A DNA stretch of 64,000 nucleotides from Octopus sinensis (GCF_006345805.1 NW_021832015.1:62001-126000); one strand, 5' to 3'; positions 50,805 to 62,289 are shown, numbered from the stretch's first letter. The notes: generated by a model not told the origin, from the sequence alone. Made by a program: numbers and translations.

Positions 50805-51566
50805 ATGAAGGCAGATAACCCTTATTTAATCCCCTATTATCGATCTAAAAGTAAATATAAAACCTTCAAAAGTAATTACGCTATGAATACTAGTAAAAAT
50901 ATTTGGTTAATAATTCCTTACGGGAGACAAATTAAATCTAATCTCCCACTGCTGTTTCGTCAAGCTATTGCTAGGAATTTTCCAAACAATTCTAGATATT
51001 ACTCTATAATCAATTCACATAAGGTTAGGATAGGTTTTACAAACACAAAACATCTCTTGCAAATTATCTCTTCTCATAATAACAAACTGTTAAATATTAA
51101 TACATTTACTAATACTAACATTAATTTAGCTAATACCATCCAACCCTCTAGAAATATTAATAACAAGGTTATTGTATCTGAAGTCAATTCCAATAGAATT
51201 AAGTTTATGTCAAGTAACTCTAAGATTAAAAATTCTATATACCAGTGTATATTTAGTACTCGTAATAAAGTACGATTTTACATTGGAAGCACATCGTTAG
51301 AGTTATCTAAAAGAATTTCTATCCATTACTCAACATTTAGGGATAGAAATAAACGGAATAGTACCGGTCTCAGCAAACTGATTTGGGATTTAAAAGACCA
51401 CAATGAACAATTTCATTTAGAATGGTTGATCCTCTCAATTTCGATACCATATGACAAAGGCAAGAAATTCTGTCTTCTCTGCAATTCTGAGCTATTTTTC
51501 ATTATTTTTTCTAAAAATACTCTAGTAAACACGGTTATAGAGCGAGCATACAGATGTAAGCATTGA
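50805..51566 (+). CDS. Penelope-like element GIY-YIG endonuclease ORF (253 aa, no RT)
   Basis: IWLIIPY..IKSNL..FP..NSHKVRIGF..IISSHN, SIYQC...FYIGST..LSKRISIHYSTF...TGLSKLIWDLKD...CLLCNSE..RCKH. This is the Penelope/Neptune-group GIY-YIG signature. Confidence 0.88.
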   Translation: MKADNPYLIPYYRSKSKYKTFKSNYAMNTSKNIWLIIPYGRQIKSNLPLLFRQAIARNFPNNSRYYSIINSHKVRIGFTNTKHLLQIISSHNNKLLNINTFTNTNINLANTIQPSRNINNKVIVSEVNSNRIKFMSSNSKIKNSIYQCIFSTRNKVRFYIGSTSLELSKRISIHYSTFRDRNKRNSTGLSKLIWDLKDHNEQFHLEWLILSISIPYDKGKKFCLLCNSELFFIIFSKNTLVNTVIERAYRCKH

Positions 51567-51790
51567 CAAAAACATACATTTAGTGCATATAAGTAGTCTC
51601 TATCATATATATAATTTAAACTTTAATTTCCTTATATTTAACATTCACTATTAATATCCCTACTCTTTCTGTTAGCTACTTATGACGTTATATCATATAA
51701 CGTTTTTTAAACAATATTAATAGCGTTCTGTCTATCGCTATACAAATCCATCATTTTTTGCTAAAATGTCTTATTGACGAGTTTCGTTTT

Positions 51791-51884
51791 TTTCACTTTC
51801 CTGAGGAGAGGATTGCATTGTTTATACCATTTATTCTTTTGAATAGTATCAGTGGAATTTTCGAAACATGTGTCGAGAGTAAAA
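51791..51884 (+). ncRNA. Type I hammerhead ribozyme in the Penelope 3' region, intact core
   Basis: CTGAGGA at 51801-51807. Stem II GAGGATT/AATTTTC extends to a TATTC-TTTT-GAATA hairpin. GAAA at 51863-51866. Stem III AC-ATGT-GT contains the palindrome ACATGT. Cleavage triplet GTC at 51872-51874. Stem I is TTTCACTTTC/GAGAGTAAAA (9 of 10 positions pair). Confidence 0.85.
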
Positions 51885-52085
51885 ATATTTGATAACACCT
51901 GCGTTAATTTTTTTATTCATATTATTCAAAATATTCAACGTAAACACAAAGTTTCTACCTTTATAAACAAGTAGTTACAACACCTTTACTCGTGAGATTT
52001 TTGCTGCCCTGGTACCTATTTATTTATTTTTCCGTGTTAATTGTTAACAAGGTAAAAATACACTCATCTATTTATATATTGATAT

Positions 52086-52138
<53 letters not shown>

Positions 52139-52449
52139 TGATATAAATACATACATACACAGACATACATACATACATACATACATACATACATACATAC
52201 ATACATACATACATACATACATACATACATACATACATGTATATTCATATTGCAGTATTGCAAATAAATTGAGACCAATTTTAAGCAGTTGACTTAGTGG
52301 GTTTAATGTTTCATTATTTAACAAAAACTTGCTTACTTGAAAAGGTAAATAGCGAACTGATTCAATAAAAGAAAGTCATGGAACAACAGAATCATTCCTC
52401 CATTATTGTTTTGGCATGCGCCGGGCACACTGTCAATAGAATTGTTAAG

Positions 52450-53350
52450 TTGACGAAACTTCCAAAGGCAACAGTTTATTGTGTGTATAGAGAATTTTAA
52501 GAAGTGGTAAAGATTAATAGAAATGAACACAAAACTCGAAGTGATTCCAAGCGCAAACGAAAGTTCCTCGCTGGCCTCAAACGCTCGATTGAAGCTAACC
52601 TATCCACATCCATGACAACTCTTTCAAAGAATCGCAATGTGTCCCTTTCCACGGTGTCCAGGGTTGTGAGCAGGAACCTTGACATAACTATCTTCCACCT
52701 AACAGCCAAGGCCAAAGCAATCAGAGCCGAGAGATGCCCAAAGCTGTCGTATGTATGTATGTTTTTATGTGCAGGAAAAAACTCTTGTGTTTGTGGACGA
52801 AATGAAGTTCACTGTGGACGCTGAGTGATTGCATACAACCTTTCTGGCGTCCTCCCTGTGTTTGAGACTAAGAACCCTGGCTCTATGGTGGTATTTGGGA
52901 CCGTGGTGAGTGATGAAAGTGTCATGGACCCACACTTCATTGAGTCTGGTTTGAAGATCGGCACAAAGGAGTATCTGGACATCCTGAAGAACTCTCTGTT
53001 ACCTTGGATGGAGCAGAAGTTTGGGCTTGATAACGTGGTGCTTATCCAGAATTCTACACCATGCCATGGATGAAAAGACAGGCCTTCCGTGGTGAGAAGG
53101 TGCCTTTTTTGTGAGAGCCAACATCTGGTCCAGTAATAGCCCTGAGCTCAAACTTCTAGATTACTTTCTATTGGACGTACTTCAAACAAGGACCAATGCT
53201 TTACCACTCTCGAATGTCAGCAGTTTGAAAACCTGCATCGTGCGTGAGACACGTAAAATCAAAAGGGCAGAGGTTGCAGCAGCTGCGAAAACATTTCGTT
53301 CTCATGTGAAAGCAGTAATAGGCCAAAAGGGTGGCCATGTTAGGTGATTA
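52450..53350 (+). mobile_element. IS630/Tc1/mariner transposase remnant (DD37D/maT-like)
   Basis: HTH region SIEANLSTSMTTLSKNRNVSLSTVSRVV. Catalytic region LKIGTKEYLDILKNSLLPW...QNSTPCH and IWSSNSPELKLLDYF...VKAVIGQKGGH*. Frameshifted. Confidence 0.8.
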
Positions 53351-53379
53351 ATGTTTTGTTGTAACAAATGTAACATTAA

Positions 53380-53780
53380 AGGCGGCGAGCTGGCAGAAAC
53401 GTTAGCAGGCCGGGCGAAATGCGTAGCCGTATTTCGTCTGCCGTTACGTTATGAGTTCAAATTCCGCTGAGGTCGACTTTGCCCTTCATTCTTCCGGGGT
53501 CGATAAATTAAGTACCAGTTACGCACTGAGGTCGATGTAATCGGCTTAATACCTATGTTTGTCCTTGTTTGTCCCCTCTATGTTTAGCCCTTTGTGGGTA
53601 ATAAAGAAATAGGTATTTCGTCTGTCTTACGCTCTGAGTTCAAATTCCGCCGAGATCGACTTTGCCTGTCATCCTTTTGGGGTCGATAAATTGAATACCA
53701 GTTGCGTACTGGGCTCGATCTAATCGACTGACCCCTTCCCCAAATATTTTGGGCCTTGTGCCTAGAGTAGAAAGGAATAA
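53380..53780 (+). mobile_element. Full composite tRNA-derived SINE (GGCGGCGAGCTGGCAGAA family)
   Basis: Head plus duplicated GAGTTCAAATTCCGC module. Confidence 0.9.
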
Positions 53781-53884
53781 ATGTTACATTAAAATTATGT
53801 CTGTCTGCTACGATTGTTCTGGTATTTCTCACCACCATCTCCCTGCGATTATACTCTACTTTGTTCTGGTTACTCTCTGTAGGG

Positions 53885-54205
53885 AAGGCGTGTGGCAAGA
53901 GTATTCGGCTCTAGATTGTAAAGTCGTGAGCTCGGTATCCGGCGGCGCTTTGTGTCCACGAGCAAGTAAATTCATTTTCACGTTGCTCCAATTCACTCAG
54001 CTGGCAAAAATGAAAGTTGTACCTGTAATTCAAAAGGGCCAGCCTTGTTACATTCTGTGTCACTCTAAATCTCCCAGAGCACTGCGGTAAGGGTAGACAT
54101 GCCTGTGGAGTACTCAGCCACTTGAACGTTAATTTCACGAGCAGGCCGCCCCGTTGAACGGAGGAAATGGATCACTCGCCGTCGTAACCGACGGAGTGCC
54201 AGTTT
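53885..54205 (+). mobile_element. tRNA-derived SINE related to the 1118-1354 family
   Basis: Shared TTCACGTTGCTCCA.T.CACTCAGCTGGCAAAAATGA block. The 3' boundary near GTCGTAACCGACGGAGTGCCAG is approximate. Confidence 0.65.
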
Positions 54206-54523
54206 CGTTTAGTCTGCTTTCTTACTCTGATCTTCTCAGGCCATATCAGGTCAGGTCAGCCAATTCTTTGGTGATGAGTTGCTTTTAAGCAGACTTGTGA
54301 TTCATGTCCGTTGGCATCAAGCATCACCCTATATGTGCTAGCTAATTAACTGTGCTGTACGTCATTAAACTTTGATGACCCGGCTAGGTTCAGTGTAAAA
54401 TAGATGTTTGGTGTCTGGGACAGCGACGCTAGGTAGAAATTAAAGGTAGCGGCGGGCTGCAGGATTCCGAAACCAAGTTCAATTTACTCAACACAACGGC
54501 GCTTCAATTATGTGTGTGTGTGT

Positions 54524-54565
<42 letters not shown>

Positions 54566-54873
54566 CGTGTGTGTGTGTGTATGCGTGCACGCTTATGTAA
54601 ATGCGATTGCACACATCTGTGTATGAGAATTTGTGCGCATATGTAGATGTAGATGTAAGGTAGATGTTTCACGTCTAAAACAAAAGCAGGAGGTTGGAGT
54701 GTGTTTATGAGAGAAAGGCAAAGGAAGAGATAGAAAGGGATAGAGAAAGAAAGAGAGAGAGAGAAAGAAAGAAAGGAGCTTATGCATGTGTACATGTATG
54801 TGGCTGCCAGTGAATGTATATGTGTGTATGTGTAAACGCACACACGTACACACACACACATATATATATATAT

Positions 54874-54919
<46 letters not shown>

Positions 54920-55262
54920 TACTCTAATTCATAGATACATATGTATAAATAAATTACAATATGTAAATATATATGTCTTTATATATGCATCTATGTGTGT
55001 ATGCGTATATATACATATATATATATATGTGTGTGTGTGTGTGTATTATATATATATATATATAATACGTATGTATGTATGTTTTTATGTATCTATGTAT
55101 GTATCTAAGTATGTATGTGTGTGTGTATATATATATATATACATTAACATATATACATATATATGTGCATATACACACGCACACACACACATATATATGC
55201 ATATGTATGTTCGTCCGTGTGTGTGTGAATTCGGGTGCAATCACACACTTGTAGATACGCAC

Positions 55263-55291
55263 TGACGCATTTTTGTCCATTCCTGTATAAA
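55263..55291 (+). promoter_or_regulatory. Candidate promoter of sHSP exon A: TGACGCAT (CRE/ATF-like) plus TATA box
   Basis: TGACGCAT at 55263-55270, TATAAA at 55286-55291, CCAAT near 55321; about 270 nt upstream of the ATG. Confidence 0.55.
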
Positions 55292-55559
55292 TAGGAAACA
55301 GCCTGGGAGCCGAGCAACACTTCATGCACAACTTTCTCCATCCAATCAGTAATCGTTTACTCAATAATTAGCTTAAGATTCTCAAGATAATATTTTAATT
55401 TAAGGATTAGGATTAATTAATCTGATTCAAAAGTAAGAGCTTGGCGAAATCAAGGAATGTAAAGAGAGGTAGAAGAGGAACGCACGCGAGAAAGAACTAA
55501 AGAAAGGGAAAATAAACAAAAGAAAGCTATAAAGCCAGAAAGATAAGATAGAAAGAAAC

Positions 55560-55781
55560 ATGTCTACCCAAAGAAATATACCGATATTCAAGCCCTTCTA
55601 CAGCAACAGCTATCCTTTTTACAACATGTGGAATAATCCTTGGTCAGACTTTCCACCGTTCAATAGGTTGTTCAACCAACACTTTGGCGTGGTTCCTATT
55701 GATGACCTTTTTGGATTCGGCAGAAACTCTTGGAGTTTGCGCAGATCAAATAATCAATCAGAACAGAATGGATTTTCAGAG
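55560..55781 (+). CDS. Small heat-shock protein (HSPB/alpha-crystallin family) first coding exon A, N-terminal domain
   Basis: MSTQRNIPIF...WNNPWSDFPPFNRLFNQHFGVVP...GFSE then a GAG|GTAAGT phase-0 donor. Matches the HSPB1-type WDPF, SRLFDQxFG and SGVSEI motifs. Confidence 0.85.
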
Positions 55782-56344
55782 GTAAGTCTTCGACTATTCA
55801 TTGGCTTTATATGCCTTCGATTCTAAAGTAATTTTAAAGATTGGTTTGGTTGATTTGTGTGACTTTTTGACATCTATCGTATGCTGTTCTGCCATTTTAA
55901 GATTTCAGCAATGGTATTCCCACGATGACTCTTTTTATATCGCTTAATCAAAAAAATGTGGGGGATGGTGATGGTTGTAACCATTTATAGGACCTCTGAA
56001 ACCAATGGTATGGAGAGAGGAAGATATCTTCAAACCGGAGACCCAATTTGAATACTTTCACAGTGGACTCCACTAAAGATATTCCAGAACTAGGTGTTGG
56101 TGGTCACATGAGCGAGGGATTGAGTCTACCAATCATGTACGCCACGGTGGGATTTGAGCTTAGAAAGTAAAGAGAGGACTAAATACCGCAAGGTATCCTG
56201 TCCAATGCTTAAACGAAACCACTTGTCCACTGTTCTTGGCTGGTACCTACCATAGAAGGAGGATATTAAAGTTGATCTCAGGCGTGTTCGAACTCAGAGC
56301 ATCGAAATCCAGAACAAGTACTGAATGTCTTTAACCTCCTTTAT

Positions 56345-56720
56345 CGTTTATCTTTTACTTGCTGAGACATCGCATTGAAAGGTTTTGTTGGATAAATCGG
56401 ACCCTGGTACTTATGCTATCGTTTGATTACGTCCCCGCTAAGTTACAGGGACGTAATCAAACCAACATCGGTTGTCAAGTGGCGTGAGTGAAATGAATAC
56501 ATCACAAAGACGCACACAACAACATACACATACACGACGGGCTAACCCACATAGTTCCCGTCAACCAAATCCATTCACTTCACAAGGCATTGATCGACCC
56601 CGGGACTATAGTAGAGGATATTTGCCCAAGGTACCGGGCAGTGGGACTGAACCTGAAGCCACGTGGTTGCGAAGCGAGCGTCTTAACCACACAGCCACGC
56701 CTGCGGCTATGAACACAGAA
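56345..56720 (-). mobile_element. Diverged SINE (GCAGGAGTGGCTGTGTGG family)
   Basis: CTATAGTAGAGGATATTTGCCCAAGG...ACCACACAGCCAC.CCTGC. Confidence 0.8.
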
Positions 56721-57074
56721 CTCTGCAATGTCGTCCGGTGCTCTTACAATTCTGTCACTTCGCATCGTATACTCTATCCGTGGCAGATTTCTTTAATAGT
56801 CAACGACTGAAAGCATATAAAAGCGAAAATGGTCTTGTAAGATTAATCTGAGAACATCTGAAGTTATCGGCCGCGGGCTTACAACTCCCTCCACACAATA
56901 TAGACATTACAAGATTGCGTGGTATAATTGATTTCTGATATTGTTACGAAAAATCAAATCTGAGGAAGGAAACGTTTGATTGTATTGAACCAAGTACTTA
57001 ACGGGTACTTCATTCTTTCTCGCTCTTCACTCTCACACACTCTCCTTCTTTCTCTGTTTCTATCTGTCTTTCTC

Positions 57075-57131
<57 letters not shown>

Positions 57132-57199
57132 TATGCACCTGCGTTAGATAAAACCTTGAAACCTGGAGGTGAATGAATGTTGAGTGGATAAACAGATAT

Positions 57200-57201
57200 T
57201 G

Positions 57202-57236
<35 letters not shown>

Positions 57237-57779
57237 AGGAAAAAGAGGGAAACAAAGAAGACAAGAAGGAAAAAGAAAGAAAGAAAGAATAAAAGAAGAA
57301 AAAAGGAAAGGAAAAATAAAGAAAGAGAAAGAAAGAATGAAAAAAGAAAGAAGAAGGAAAGGAAAGAAAGGAGAGGAAGAAGAAGAAAGAGGAAGAAAAG
57401 AAGGGAAGGAAAAAGAAAAGAAGGAGGGAACGAAGAAAGAAGGAAAAGAAAGAAAGAAAAAGAAAGAAAGAAAGAAAGAAAGAAAAGAAGAAGAAAGAAA
57501 GAAGAAAGGAACAAGAGGAAAGAAGGAAGGAGGAGGAAGAGAAGAAGGAAGGAAGGAAGGAAAGGATAGGAGGGAGGGAGGGAGGAAGGAAGGGGGGGAA
57601 GGAAAGAGGGAGAAGGAGGGAGGAGGAGAGAAAGAGAAAGAAAGAAGAAAGAAAAGAACGAAAGAAGAAGGAAAAGAAAACAGAAGAAAACAAACAAAGA
57701 AACAAGAAACAAAGAAAGGAAAGAAAGAAAAGAAGAAAGAAGAAAGAACAAAAGTTAACAAAGAAGAAAGAAGAAGAAA

Positions 57780-57836
<57 letters not shown>

Positions 57837-57910
57837 AGGAAACAAAGAAAGAAAGAAAGTAACAAACAAACAAACAAACAAACAAACAAACAAACAAACA
57901 AACAAAGAAA
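57200..57910. repeat. ~700-bp purine-strand tract, (GAAA)n/(GGAA)n/(CAAA)n
   Basis: Direct inspection; source of the F/L/S-rich and K/E/R-rich pseudo-ORFs. Confidence 0.95.
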
Positions 57911-58381
57911 GAAACTGGGTTTGGGTGAATTACTTGAATATAGATTTGTTGCCGAACCGAGTCCGGCAGCAAATTTAAGGAGAAAGAATTCAAAGAATAA
58001 AAGGCCAATCTAAGAGCTTTGGTTAAGTTTCGTGTGACAGAGAATTATGTTCAGGTTTCAAGTGAAATATAGAGGAAGGGTTGTGTTTTTTTCTTAAATA
58101 CCATAGAACAAGACTATTCGAAGAATTAAATATTATGGTATAAACAGAAAAGAGGCAGTAATGAGGACATCAAGGGCCGCCTTAGAAGCACAGAGGCCCG
58201 CGAACAAATCAGCGAACTGAACTTCATAGTATTTAATTATTGAGAGCAAAAGCCACAACAACATACATAGATCAGAACTGGGTTCCTAAGGCTGTGAGGA
58301 TCCCGGGCAACTACATAGAAAGCCTATCCCTTAAGATGGTACTACACAGCTCAAATATTTACCAAAAATTGGCTTCTGAAT

Positions 58382-58529
58382 CATTAGCGTAGCTAGGGTT
58401 GGGGCGGTAGGTGCGGTCCGCCCCGGGCGGCACTTTTGGGTCTGCTGTAGGTAATATGTGTTTTTTTTGGGGGGGGGGCGACAAACGGAAGGGCCGCCCC
58501 TGGTGGTACACACTCTAGCTACGCTAGTG
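58382..58529. mobile_element. hAT-type MITE (148 bp)
   Basis: TIRs CATTAGCGTAGCTAG / CTAGCTACGCTAGTG match at 14/15. Flanking 8-mers TTCTGAAT and TTCTTCAT match at 6/8, consistent with a decayed 8-bp TSD. Confidence 0.7.
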
Positions 58530-58547
58530 TTCTTCATCTGTTCAGTT

Positions 58548-58577
58548 ATTGCGTCTTATTAGCAAATAAGACGCAAT
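58548..58577. other. Perfect 13-bp hairpin
   Basis: ATTGCGTCTTATT-AGCA-AATAAGACGCAAT. Confidence 0.85.
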
Positions 58578-59072
58578 TTTTTTTTAATCTCTAAACATTA
58601 CCCCGGCTCCTAACCGAGCAATTGAGCCTCTCATGTGCTTTAATGCACTAAACATTTTTTTTTTTCCTTTCCTGACATTGGATTGCGTCTAATAGGCCCA
58701 TAAGTCTTTTATGCTATCTTGTAGTAGATCAGTGGATCTACCAGATAAAATAGTCTGTAGTCACTTGGTAGGTACCATTTTTATTTTTGCGAGTCTTTAT
58801 TCTTTCGAATAAATTGCCTGATATTTTGTAAATATTCTCCAACGACTCAGATATTTTTCACTTAGTTTACTCTCACTCATTTCCGCTATTTCCGCCGTGC
58901 TGAGATTCTATCAAAATCTCAACATTAGTTTATCATTCACAAGGAAATATTTAAGACAGGATGTCTTTGGCATCAAGCCAAGTCTTGATTACGTGGGCAA
59001 AACTTCTTCGTATACCTTTCTAGGTAGGCTGAGAGGTGATTCTAGAACATGCATGATTCATACAGGCTCTCA

Positions 59073-60355
59073 CACGCGTAAGTTCTCTCTCTCTCACACA
59101 CTCACACACTCTCTCTCACTCCCCTCTCTCTCACACACACACACACTCTCTCTCACTCCCCTCTCTCTCTCTCTTTCTCTCTCTCTCACACACACACTCT
59201 CTCTCACTCCCCTCTCTCTCTTTCTCTCTCTCACACACACACTCTCTCTCACTCCCCTCTCTCTCTCTCTTTCTCTCTCTCTCACACACACACACACTCT
59301 CTCTCTCTTTCTCTCTCTCTCTCACACACACACTCTCTCTCACTCCCCTCTTTCTCTCTTTCTCTCTCTCACACACACACTCTCTCTCACTCCCCTCTCT
59401 CTCTCTTTCTCTCTCTCTCACACACACACACTCTCTCTCTCTCTTTCTCTCTCTCTCTCACACACACACCCTCTCTCACTCCCCTCTCTCTCTCTCTCTC
59501 TTTCTCTCTCTCACTCCCCTCTTTCTCTCTTTCTCTCTCTCATGCACATACACACTCTCTCTCACTCCCCTCTCTCTCTCTTTCTCTCTCTCACACACAC
59601 ACTCACTCTCTCACTCCCCTCTCTCTCTCTTTCTCTCTCTCACACACACACTCACTCTCTCACTCCCCTCTCTCTCTCTCTTTCTCTCTCTCACACACAC
59701 ACTCACTCTCTCACTCCTCTCTCTCTCTCTTTCTCTCTCACACACACACACTCACTCTCTCACTCCCCTCTCTCTCTCTTTCTCTCTCTCCACACACACT
59801 CACCTCTCACTCCTCTCTCTCTCTCTTTCTCTCTCTCACACACACACTCACTCTCTCACTCCCCTCTCTCTCTCTCTTTCTCTCTCTCACACACACACTC
59901 ACTCTCTCACTCCCCTCTCTCTCTCTCTTTCTCTCTCTCACACACACACTCACTCTCTCACTCCTCTCTCTCTCTCTTTCTCTCTCTCACACACACACTC
60001 ACTCTCTCACTCCCCTCTCTCTCTCTCTTTCTCTCTCTCACACACACACTCACTCTCTCACTCCCCTCTCTCTCTCTCTCTTTCTCCTCTCACACACACA
60101 CTCACTCTCTCACTCCCCTCTCTCTCTCTCTTCTCTCTCTCTCACACACACACTCACTCTCTCACTCCCCTCTCTCTCTCTTTCTCTCTCTCATGCACAC
60201 ACACTCTCTCTCTCACTCCCCTCTCTCTCTCTTTCTCTCTCTCATGCACACACACTCTCTCTCTCACTCCCCTCTCTCTCTCTTTCTCTCTCTCATGCAC
60301 ACACACTCACTCTCTCACTCCCCTCTCTCTCTCTTTCTCTCTCTCATGCACACAC
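59073..60355. repeat. Higher-order CT/CA minisatellite (~40-45-bp unit, roughly 30 copies)
   Basis: Unit approximates CACACACACTC(A/T)CTCTCTCACTCCCCTCTCTCTCTCTTTCTCTCT. It explains the 513-aa S/L/H/T pseudo-ORF. Confidence 0.92.
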
Positions 60356-60445
60356 ATTGTACACGCAATCTACCCAGTTATACGTACATTCACACCAAGT
60401 CACAAATAGTTCAGACAAATACAACATACTTTACGTAAATGCATG

Positions 60446-60478
<33 letters not shown>

Positions 60479-61122
60479 TGCGTGTGGGTGGGTGTACGTA
60501 AGCATATGTGCATGTGTATACACACACACATATACACATGATCAAACGCATACACACGCTCACACATACATCCACACACATTCACACATACCATACACAC
60601 TCACACACACATACGCTCACAAATACACCTACACACATACACACACACATAGACACGCTCACACATACGCTCACACATACACACACACGCTCACGCATAC
60701 ATCCACATACACATACACACACATACACACGCTCACACACTCATACACACACATACATACACATACACACATACGCTCGCAAATACACCTACGCATATAC
60801 ACCTACACATAGACACACTCACATACACACTTGCACATACACACACACACACTAATACCCGCACAATACTCCTAGATTAAGTTTCTTTCACACATTGATT
60901 TAAAGTAACATTATATCAATGACACGTGACGTATCAGAGGCGGCGGGAAAGAAAGGACTTTCCGGTTGAGTTAGTCACGACTGGAAGGAGCGATAATCGA
61001 TGGAGGATGCAAATCAAAATAAGAGCAATCCGGACATTAAACAAAACAGTTCAAATAGCCCCAATAAAATGTTTTAAAATATATGGACATGTAAAAAATT
61101 ATCTCTCCCTCTCTCACTCTCG

Positions 61123-61158
<36 letters not shown>

Positions 61159-61234
61159 ATATCTATATATATATATATATATATTACTTGGAAATGAATG
61201 CGTCGGGTTCAATTAATTAATAAATAGTAAATAG

Positions 61235-61420
61235 CAGGAGTGGCTGTGTGGTAAGTAGCTTGCTTACGAATCACATGGTTCCGAGTTCAGTCCAACTGCG
61301 TGGTACCTTGGGCAAGTGTCTTCTACTATAGCCTCGAGCCGACCAAAGCCTTGTGAGTGGATTTGGTAGTCGGAAACTGAAAGAAGCCTGTCATATATAT
61401 ATATATACACACATATATAA

Positions 61421-61455
<35 letters not shown>

Positions 61456-61700
61456 TGTATGTATGTATGTATGTATGTATGTATGAATGTATGTATGTAT
61501 GTTTGCGTGTCTGTGTTTGTCCCCCCAACATTGCTTGACAACCGATGCTGGTGTTTACGTCCCCGCAACTTAGCGGTTCGGCAAAAGAGTCCGATAGAAT
61601 AAGTGCTAGGCTTATAAAGAATAAGTTCTGGGTCGATTTGCTCGACTAAAGGCGGCGGTCCAGCATGGCCGCAGTCAAATGACTGAAACAAGTAAAAGGG
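61235..61700 (+). mobile_element. Full-length SINE (GCAGGAGTGGCTGTGTGG family)
   Basis: tRNA-like head, CORE-like block, internal (TATG)n and 3' body. Confidence 0.9.
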
Positions 61701-61744
61701 TAAAAGAGAAAAAGAGTAACATATAATATATATGTGTGTATATA

Positions 61745-61917
61745 TATATATACGACGGGCTTCTTTCAGTTTCCGTCTCCCAAATCCACTCACAAAGCTT
61801 CATTCTGCCCGAGACTATAGTAGAAGACACATGTCCCAGGTGCCACGCAGTGGGACTGAACTCGGAACCATGTGGTTGGTAAGCAAGCTTCTTACCACAC
61901 AGCCACTCCTGCGCCTA
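61745..61917 (-). mobile_element. SINE 5' half in inverted orientation next to 61235-61700
   Basis: Reverse complement of the head region 61235-61390. Confidence 0.88.
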
Positions 61918-61946
61918 TATGTATATATATAAACATACACGCAAGT

Positions 61947-61986
<40 letters not shown>

Positions 61987-62028
61987 ATATATATATGTAA
62001 TATATATGTATATAATATATTATATATA

Positions 62029-62091
<63 letters not shown>

Positions 62092-62208
62092 CAATCGAGA
62101 TAGGGGTTGTAAATGCAGTCTCTTATGTGGTGGTTTAATAAAGTATGTGATTGAGTATTATCTGGTAATTGATATTTGATTTAGATGTATTTCTCCATTT
62201 TCTTATCT

Positions 62209-62239
<31 letters not shown>

Positions 62240-62242
62240 TGT

Positions 62243-62289
<47 letters not shown>

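Noticed and set aside
55991-56070. FKPE peptide (56029-56040) as a possible alpha-crystallin exon for sHSP exon A
   Set aside because: Out of phase with the phase-0 donor (phase 0 gives an immediate stop), the surrounding residues do not fit LDVxxFxPEEI or GKHEE, and the frame closes quickly.
56954-56981. CTGAGGA-AG-GAAACGTT hammerhead-like string
   Set aside because: Stem II is only 2 nt and stem I is out of register; it cannot fold.
57010-58008. Several 200-330-aa F/L/S-rich or K/E/R-rich ORFs
   Set aside because: Artefacts of the (GAAA)n tract.
58000-58120. LVKFRVTENYVQVSSEI as a Penelope RT remnant or host exon
   Set aside because: Too short and too degenerate to support either call.
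58897-60438. 513-aa ORF (S/L/H/T-rich)
   Set aside because: Translation of the CT/CA minisatellite, which cannot contain stop codons in this composition; no domain content.
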